Shown here piece by piece: positions 59,601 to 64,000 of a stretch of DNA of 64,000 nucleotides (its first letter is position 1; the number at the start of each line of letters is the position of its first letter). Where the stretch lies: positions 1 through 64,000 of the forward strand of contig CAXGWI010000003.1 in NCBI GenBank assembly GCA_964013405.1, given 5' to 3'. The stretch comes from an uncultured Myxococcales bacterium (GTDB taxonomy: Bacteria; Myxococcota; UBA4151). The notes under the pieces were generated by a model. That model was not told where the DNA came from. It saw nothing but the letters and a program-made list of their open reading frames with translations, and did not search any database. The position numbers and the translations under genes were made by a program.

Positions 59601-61251
59601 AAACAACGGGGGTGCCCTCCGGGTCCACTGCGTCGGCATCGTAACTATAGGTTCCGCCCACAACCGCCACGAGGGGGGGCTGCGTGGTAAATTGGGGTGC
59701 CTGATTGGGGGGGGGCGGCTCCGGCTGAACGGTGACGTTAAAGACCTGGACATTGAACCCATTGTTGGCGTCGGTCGCTCGAATTCGGCAGGAGAAGACC
59801 TCGCCTACCATATCGATCGTCGGGGTGTAGCGAAACACCCCCGTCCCCGCGTCGATGATGGATCCATTCGGGCAGTTGTTTCGACTCAAACTGTAGACGA
59901 TCGCATCCCCATCCGGATCGACCGCATCCGCGTCGTAGACGTACTGGACCCCGGCGATCGCCGTGGTGGGTGCGTTACTCGTAAAGACTGGCGGCGAATT
60001 CGGCGGCGGTGCCCCCTCGCCCACCGCAACCTCCCAAAAGTGGGTCACTGCCCCCCCTTGGCTGTCCCGCACGATCACACGGAAGGAGTGGGTCTCCCCC
60101 TCGTGGTCGACCGTGGGCGTCCAAGTCACAAGGCCGGTCACTCGGCTGACGACCACCCCATCGGGATTATTGCGCCCAATGTAGGTCAGCGTATCCCCAT
60201 CGGGATCGATGGCGACGATCTGGTAGCTGTACTGCTCACCAACGGTGGCTGTTGTTGGGGGCTGCGACGTCACCTCTGGTGGGCCATTGGGCCGGTCGAT
60301 GCTGATGGTGATCGTTTGGTCGTCACTCAGTGGCGGCACGCCATCATCCGTGACCGTGAAGGTCACTTGGTGCTCCCCCTCCTGGCCTGGCGTCGGTGTC
60401 CATCGAAACAAGCCGGTGGCCGTATTGAACTCAGCACCAGCCAACGGGCTCATGCTGAATGTCAACGGGTCATCATCTTCATCAAGGGCCTGGACCGTGA
60501 ACTGAACCAGAGTGCCGGTGAGACCGGCCCGATCGTCCAGGTCGATGATCTCCGGCGGATGGTTCACATCCTGGGGGTCGTAGGTCCAAGCCACCGCATA
60601 GTTGGTGACCGAATTCTCGATCTCACCGAAGAAGCTGCCGACCCCATCGAGTCGGTCGGAGGCCTCAAGACCGGCGCTAATCGTCTGGCCACTCCCCCCA
60701 GGAATCTGGCGATAGTTGAAGTTGACGATATTGGGTTGCGTAAGACGAAGTTGGGCTTCGACGGCACCGATCTCGTTCCTGTTGAAAAACGGCGCTCGCC
60801 AGGTGACGAGAAACTCATCGCCATCCATATGGACCCACACGCCATTCTCAAGTTGACCGCCGTTGATCGAGGGATTGAGATCCGTAAAGATGGGCGCAAG
60901 CATGCCCATGGGCGCGGCATTGTCCGGCAACTCCTGCCGGGGCGTGTAGTTCACCGAGGCCGTCGGAACGAACGTCACCCAGCCATTCGAGCACACGAAA
61001 ATCGAGTTGTAAGTCTCACCGAAAAACTCAAAGCTAAAGCCGGGCGGGAAGTCGATCTCCCGGGTCTGGTCATCACCAAAGTCTAGATTCGTCGCGCCTC
61101 GGCCTGGCTCGGTCCACTCGAAGGCCGGACCATCGGGCTCTTGGTTATCAACCCAAGTGTAACCACCGGAATTTTCGCCGCCGCCGCCACGCCCTGCAAA
61201 AGCAGAGGTTGCGACAAAAGAGGTAAGAACTATGAGGGCTCGCAAACTCAT
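53638..61251 (-). CDS. Giant surface protein/adhesin: N-terminal nidogen-like domain, about 22 cadherin-like/He_PIG repeats, 2 PKD-like domains, MYXO-CTERM
   Basis: Signal peptide; FSFEFFG...CSNGWVTF...APIFTDL; repeats of NxPPxxTSxP...YxY...AxDxDGD...GxxxWTP; ADAGPDQ...LDGSNS; C-terminal CGCAGTSPWDLGLWLLCGLFLLRRRR. Confidence 0.9.
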   Translation of the reverse strand: MSLRALIVLTSFVATSAFAGRGGGGENSGGYTWVDNQEPDGPAFEWTEPGRGATNLDFGDDQTREIDFPPGFSFEFFGETYNSIFVCSNGWVTFVPTASVNYTPRQELPDNAAPMGMLAPIFTDLNPSINGGQLENGVWVHMDGDEFLVTWRAPFFNRNEIGAVEAQLRLTQPNIVNFNYRQIPGGSGQTISAGLEASDRLDGVGSFFGEIENSVTNYAVAWTYDPQDVNHPPEIIDLDDRAGLTGTLVQFTVQALDEDDDPLTFSMSPLAGAEFNTATGLFRWTPTPGQEGEHQVTFTVTDDGVPPLSDDQTITISIDRPNGPPEVTSQPPTTATVGEQYSYQIVAIDPDGDTLTYIGRNNPDGVVVSRVTGLVTWTPTVDHEGETHSFRVIVRDSQGGAVTHFWEVAVGEGAPPPNSPPVFTSNAPTTAIAGVQYVYDADAVDPDGDAIVYSLSRNNCPNGSIIDAGTGVFRYTPTIDMVGEVFSCRIRATDANNGFNVQVFNVTVQPEPPPPNQAPQFTTQPPLVAVVGGTYSYDADAVDPEGTPVVFSLDQGPTGSSVMANSGLVRWNPTPGQAGNSYQFILTAEDGDNFRNNQTWFVEVDEEPNNRPLVTSNPNTEAYVGLLYQYVILATDPDGDAISYDLLTAPEGTTMDPNGRLTWTPGEGLGGTLQFFRVRISDSRGASLLHEWNVLVSNEAPDNLDPVITSSPNTMAQIDQLYTYDVVATDGDGDPLQYALLTGPAGATLEDRQVRWTPTEADDGVARTFVVEVSDGQGGSTRQQWLVVASVDPGNNPPVFTSVPSQSATVGEAYRYDVTYDDPDGDSVTLRLVGGPAGVELRDDRVTWTPGPQDGGQRRRMTLELTDSRGATAQQVIDIDVEVVVANEPPVFTSEPEGTAFVDEEYVYRPQGNDPEGGIVTMHLTTAPAGARFEGGLLTWTPGQAEGGRSHAFELVIRDAQGAESSQGWQVFVDQNIANRAPAITSVPVTSAQVGELYTYQVTAEDPEGDTILFIFPDDNPPPDGMEIDNRTGEITWTPTADQGDEAHRVVVVAADEGGLFDAQIFDVGVGVNANGPPTITSAWPIEVPLGEQYVYTVVAEDPDGDALRYFIDEDRCPEDMVINMMTGRLTWMPSAPFVDTTVSCLLGVVDTGDLVDLQTISFRVVEGANQNSDPVITSSPSLVGSAGQLYAYNVTASDPDGDNLSYELLSGPNGARFVQQGPVNGIAWLVPEGAEGDSFAFEIVVRDGNGGSVNQAWTVTVGEGDANQPPVITSSPGLAAAPDLLYQYQIQAFDLDRDRMTYALLGGPVGATMDNQAGTLRWTPTEGQQGQSFSFRIEVRDENDGTAEQSWTVEVTGEPPPPQNRAPVIITEPPTEAEVGVEYRYAAEANDPDGDPLFWVLPEEQSPPEGMEVDAATGLVTWTPGEELDGRSVSVTLAVWDGVLWDAQVFQIGVGRPAANTAPQFTSSPPNQATAGEQFEYRATAEDPDGDPVFFGFVDDEECPFEVNSNTGMVTWTPSNALIGQTIACILVVVDPGELADTQALSLTVTDGAPANNPPVIISEPQDRVTEGQSYRYDARGEDEDEDRLTWRLTAGPPSAVLNPASGLLVWTPSDIDLGRTVSFAIELSDGRGGVHRQNWNVSVVPEEPLNEPPEIRSEPGTAAVANQAYRYDALAFDPNDDVLSWRLLESPRGAEINASSGTLLWIPSAGDRGEHVFQIEVSDGQASDRQRWEVVVSPPVGGNNPPAITTVPRTSVFLATEMSTFLRAIDPDGDPLTWRLVTVPAAALLEDQRLTWTPALGDLGRRHQFSVEVSDGRGGTDTLSWEVEVPNRPPSIESEPRLTAQARQSYSYSPRADDPDEGDVFSWDLDEAPEGMTIDSQTGRIQWVPTDEQGNRSFLVVLTVYDSQGAVDRQSWELGVDEDPGNRAPRITSFPEASVVAGEVYLYEVEASDADGDRMTFSLVEGDFPAGMSIDPSSGVLRWNVPLGLGGESVVFTVRVDDVNGLFDEQRTLLSVLNPAVNMAPVFGSEPPAEGVVGERYDFSPRAFDGEGDPFTVELVRGPPSAQCSDSRCNTLSWVPTGVGRYSFKLEATDSEENRSELAWEVVVSLPAPNALPAFTSSPETIARIGELYEYTARATDPDSDDELVFSLALNPPGMTIDEETGEIRWRPTRLDLGFQTVVVQVSDGNGGSATQEYELAVIDEGENAPPQFTSQPPTEAYPTLPYSYQVVASDSDGDPLLYELKDSPETMTIDENQLISWTPSLSEAGSEYRVVIEVTDGALVDTQIWTITVATEIPEGPIADAGPDQEVDPGLVQLDGSNSRDPFNGTLSYAWRLDEGPEPVEIASSAQAITTVDLRYPGDYTFKLTVTATDDAGESLSADDSVTIRVRYAGPIVDAGPDTRVSLSSEEGQRTVALDGTASTYQRGSDGTAAFLWEQVEGPRVEIEAADTLRPSFTVTEGGSYGFQLTITEEGFEPGTDTVMITVRAEQTSNSGVGEFAVPESPCGCAGTSPWDLGLWLLCGLFLLRRRRLV

Positions 61252-61317
61252 TTTCGCTCCGAACTCGGTAAGGCAAAAGGCAAACGAGGCCTTTTGCCCA
61301 GGGAGCGTAGCCTATTT

Positions 61318-61701
61318 TTAAGGTTCGCGCTCGCCCTCGCTCGCGAGGGAAGCGTCGGGACGCAAAGGATCCCAGGAGCCGTCCGACGGAATGGACTCAC
61401 CGACAGCTGCCCGCTTCACGATCGGATCGTTGTGCCAATCAGCACCGGCATCAAACCACCGCATCCCTGCATCTCGCCGCGGCCCCCCATCGACAAGTTG
61501 TGTTGGCGCTGGCCTGCGAGCCGCTGCTTCGATCTGACGGCGAAGGGTTTCTAGGGTTTCGTCGCTTGGCTCGGTCAATTCGAGCTCGGGATGACGAAGT
61601 TGCTCGGGCACCGTGTAGGTGGTGGGCGCCTCCCGCATCAGGGCAAGAAAGAGAAAGAGGAAGGCCAGCGCCACGAGGGCCACCGCCAAGCGGTGCCTCA
61701 C
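61318..61701 (-). CDS. Hypothetical membrane-anchored protein
   Basis: GTG overlaps the Hsp70 stop (GTGA); N-terminal TM. Confidence 0.6.
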   Translation of the reverse strand: MRHRLAVALVALAFLFLFLALMREAPTTYTVPEQLRHPELELTEPSDETLETLRRQIEAAARRPAPTQLVDGGPRRDAGMRWFDAGADWHNDPIVKRAAVGESIPSDGSWDPLRPDASLASEGEREP

Positions 61702-63275
61702 GGGTCGCCAGACTCCGCAGCCCAGTCATCGGGCTCGGGGGCATCCGATGCCACTCGGTCGAGACCAGGGACCTTGAGAGAATGACGAACGGCTTTTTTC
61801 GTATCCACATCCCGGGCATGAAGGGTGAGCAAACCGTCAACGCTTAGATCAAATCGAGTCTGCACACGGACACTGCCCGCATGACCTGGCTTGATGCCGT
61901 CGAAATTATGCTCACCCAGATGCTGGTTGTTGGCAGCGATCCGGTCCTCGCCCTGGTAGATCTTCATCACCAATTCCCGCTGATGGTCCCGACTGGTCGT
62001 AAAAATCAGATCCTTGCGGTTCGGCGTCGGCGTATTTTTCGGGAAGATTTCAAACATCTCCCCATCGGCTCGCTCGATGCCGATGGCCAGGGAGATCACA
62101 TCGAGTAGGGTGACCGCTTGTTCAGCGCCTCCGGATTCGGCTTCCAGCGCACTGGCGAAAATAGCGGCCCCCAAAGCAACCGCTTCATCGGGGTGAACCC
62201 CCTTTGACGGGGCTTTTCCGAAGTATTCGCTCACCTTGTCTGCCACGGCCGGCATGCGGCTTTGGCCACCGACCAAGAGAACCTCATCCACCTCTTCCGG
62301 TCGCAGGCCTGCGTCCTCAATCACGCCGGCGCAGACCTCGATGGTCCGATCGACCAGGTCCTGGACAAGGGACTGAAACTCTTCCCGAGTGATCACCCGC
62401 TCAACATCGAGAGGTTCACCGGCATCATTAAAGGCGACAAAGGGGACTGAGAAGGTGGCTTCCGTGCGACTGGAGAGGTCAATCTTTACCTGTTCGCTCA
62501 TCTCACGGAGGCGCTGGATCGTTGTCCCATCCTGGCTCAAATCAACGCCGTGTTCTTGCTGAAACTCGTTGATGATGAATTCGAGCAGCGCCTGATCGAA
62601 ATTGATGCCGCCCAAGAACAGGTCACCATCGGTGGCCACGACCTCGAAGACGTTGTCCCTGATTTCGATAATGCTCACGTCGAAGGTGCCGCCACCGAGA
62701 TCGAAGACAACGACTCGCTCGCTCAGTTCCCGGCCATAGCCGTAGGCGAGGGCGGCCGCTGTCGGCTCGTTAATGACCCGCACCACTTCCAGGCCAACGA
62801 CGGCCCCTGCATCCTTCACGCTCTGCCGTTGCCGGTCATCGAAATAGGCAGGTACGGTCACCACAGCTTGGTCGATGCGCCGTTCCAAATTGGTTTCGGC
62901 CATCTCGTGTACTGCGCCGAGAATACGCGCCGAAATGTCGGTGAGCGTCCGCCGCTTGCCGGCCAGCTCCACCTCGACCGTGTCGTGCTCGCTACGAATC
63001 AACGAGTACGTGAAGAAACGGGCGATCTCCTCGATAAAATCGGCGTCGTACTGACGGCCGATAAGGCGCTTTGCACCGTAAACGGTGTTGTTTGGATTGA
63101 GTTGCCATTGGCGGCGAGCATCAAAACCGACGAGCTCTCGGCCCTCGTCGTCAACCGCATAGATTGACGGAAAACTGAAGCCGCCGCCCGGCATCGTGAC
63201 GAGTCTCGAGCGACCCTCGTCATCCGTATAGGCGGCAGCGCTATTGGTAGTCCCTAAATCGATACCGATGATCAA
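61698..63275 (-). CDS. Hsp70/DnaK-family paralog lacking the C-terminal helical lid
   Basis: IIGIDLGTTNS, AVVTVPAYF, INEPTAAALAYG, VFDLGGGTFDVS, LLVGGQSRMP, DEAVALGAA and linker TLLDV. Probable TTG start at 63275 with GGAG RBS; the ORF track starts at 63488. Confidence 0.9.
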   Translation of the reverse strand: MIIGIDLGTTNSAAAYTDDEGRSRLVTMPGGGFSFPSIYAVDDEGRELVGFDARRQWQLNPNNTVYGAKRLIGRQYDADFIEEIARFFTYSLIRSEHDTVEVELAGKRRTLTDISARILGAVHEMAETNLERRIDQAVVTVPAYFDDRQRQSVKDAGAVVGLEVVRVINEPTAAALAYGYGRELSERVVVFDLGGGTFDVSIIEIRDNVFEVVATDGDLFLGGINFDQALLEFIINEFQQEHGVDLSQDGTTIQRLREMSEQVKIDLSSRTEATFSVPFVAFNDAGEPLDVERVITREEFQSLVQDLVDRTIEVCAGVIEDAGLRPEEVDEVLLVGGQSRMPAVADKVSEYFGKAPSKGVHPDEAVALGAAIFASALEAESGGAEQAVTLLDVISLAIGIERADGEMFEIFPKNTPTPNRKDLIFTTSRDHQRELVMKIYQGEDRIAANNQHLGEHNFDGIKPGHAGSVRVQTRFDLSVDGLLTLHARDVDTKKAVRHSLKVPGLDRVASDAPEPDDWAAESGDP

Positions 63276-63408
63276 TGGGAGTCGACTCCATCCCGTGTTG
63301 GGGCGCACGTTAGCAGCGGCAGAGAGAAGTCCGCAAGTTCCATGAATCCGGCGCTTGACGCTCAGCCCGCTTGTGCACATGGTGACCTGCACCAAAGGGG
63401 GCCTTAAC

Positions 63409-64000
63409 TTGCGGATCCTCAGTTCAACTCTCGCCCTTTTCGCACTGACGTCGTGTGCAAGCACGCCAGAACCCACGGAACCGATCACCAGTGCAGGGTC
63501 GAATCGCCTCGCTGCCGCGACGCCAACCGTGGAGCAAGACCGGGAACTCCTCGATGCCTATATGGCCTTGAGTCGGTCTACGGCCGGTAACACCGGTGCG
63601 GTCGAAGAAAAAGCCTACGCCATCGATGAAAACGAGACAGACCCCTTCAAGATGATGAAGTGGGCAGTCGTTCAAGCCGATCGTCAAAAAGGCTGGCGCA
63701 CCTGCATGAAGATGAAAAATCTTCAAGAGCGCGGCCAGATCAACAGCTTCGCGCCCTGGCCCTTTCTCTGCCGAGGGATGTTCCTGGCCGAACAGCGCAT
63801 GTTCACCCAAGCCGATATGCTGCTGGGACCCACGTCCATCAAGCTGGCATCGATCCATTACGCCTACGTCTTAGGGCATCTCGCTCGGAAGCGTTTCGAC
63901 AAGGCTCGCAAGCATCTGAAAGCGGCCGAGGGCCTCGTCGCTGACCACCCCTTGATCAACTTGGTCAAAGCCCAAGCGAGCGCTGATCCCACCGAGGAGC
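63409..64000 (+). CDS. 3'-truncated TPR-like lipoprotein (not in the ORF track)
   Basis: Read by hand: TTG at 63409 after AAGGGGG gives MRILSSTLALFALTSCASTPEP, open to the window end. Lipobox LTSC; TPR-like KRFDKARKHLKAAEGLVADHP. Confidence 0.7.
   Translation, partial: MRILSSTLALFALTSCASTPEPTEPITSAGSNRLAAATPTVEQDRELLDAYMALSRSTAGNTGAVEEKAYAIDENETDPFKMMKWAVVQADRQKGWRTCMKMKNLQERGQINSFAPWPFLCRGMFLAEQRMFTQADMLLGPTSIKLASIHYAYVLGHLARKRFDKARKHLKAAEGLVADHPLINLVKAQASADPTEE

Noticed and set aside
59182..61086. 634-aa plus-strand ORF
   Set aside because: Antisense shadow of the giant adhesin, expected from high-GC codon bias; no recognisable motifs.

Overview
A gene-dense, GC-rich chromosomal segment with many overlapping start/stop codons. 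It most likely comes from a Myxococcota (deltaproteobacterial) genome, judging by three MYXO-CTERM tails, a myxococcal Cys-rich repeat, many lipoproteins and a Haliangium-type microcompartment locus. Housekeeping genes include pepD, orn, ttcA, trxA, mreBCD-mrdA-rodA, dapD-dapE, a BtuFCD/FecBCD-type ABC importer, a ppiD/surA-like foldase, moaA, tRNA-Ala(GGC) and tRNA-Arg(CCG). Five accessory elements stand out. (1) A seven-gene cluster (21983-29716) of exported proteins built from LPP20, CsgG/FlgO-like and FlgT-like modules, with no flagellar genes nearby and a perfect CRP/FNR-family box (TGTGA-N6-TCACA) inside it. (2) A minimal bacterial microcompartment operon (BMC-T, BMC-H, BMC-P, acylating aldehyde dehydrogenase, BMC-T) of unknown substrate, translationally coupled to an unexplained membrane-anchored protein. 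(3) A beta-barrel + lipase-like lipoprotein + MYXO-CTERM operon. (4) An IPT/TIG lipoprotein cluster with an 18-bp tandem repeat. (5) A 2537-aa cadherin/Ig-repeat surface protein downstream of a lidless Hsp70. I found no integrase, transposase, prophage gene, CRISPR array or rRNA. All family calls come from recognising motifs by eye; no database searches were run.
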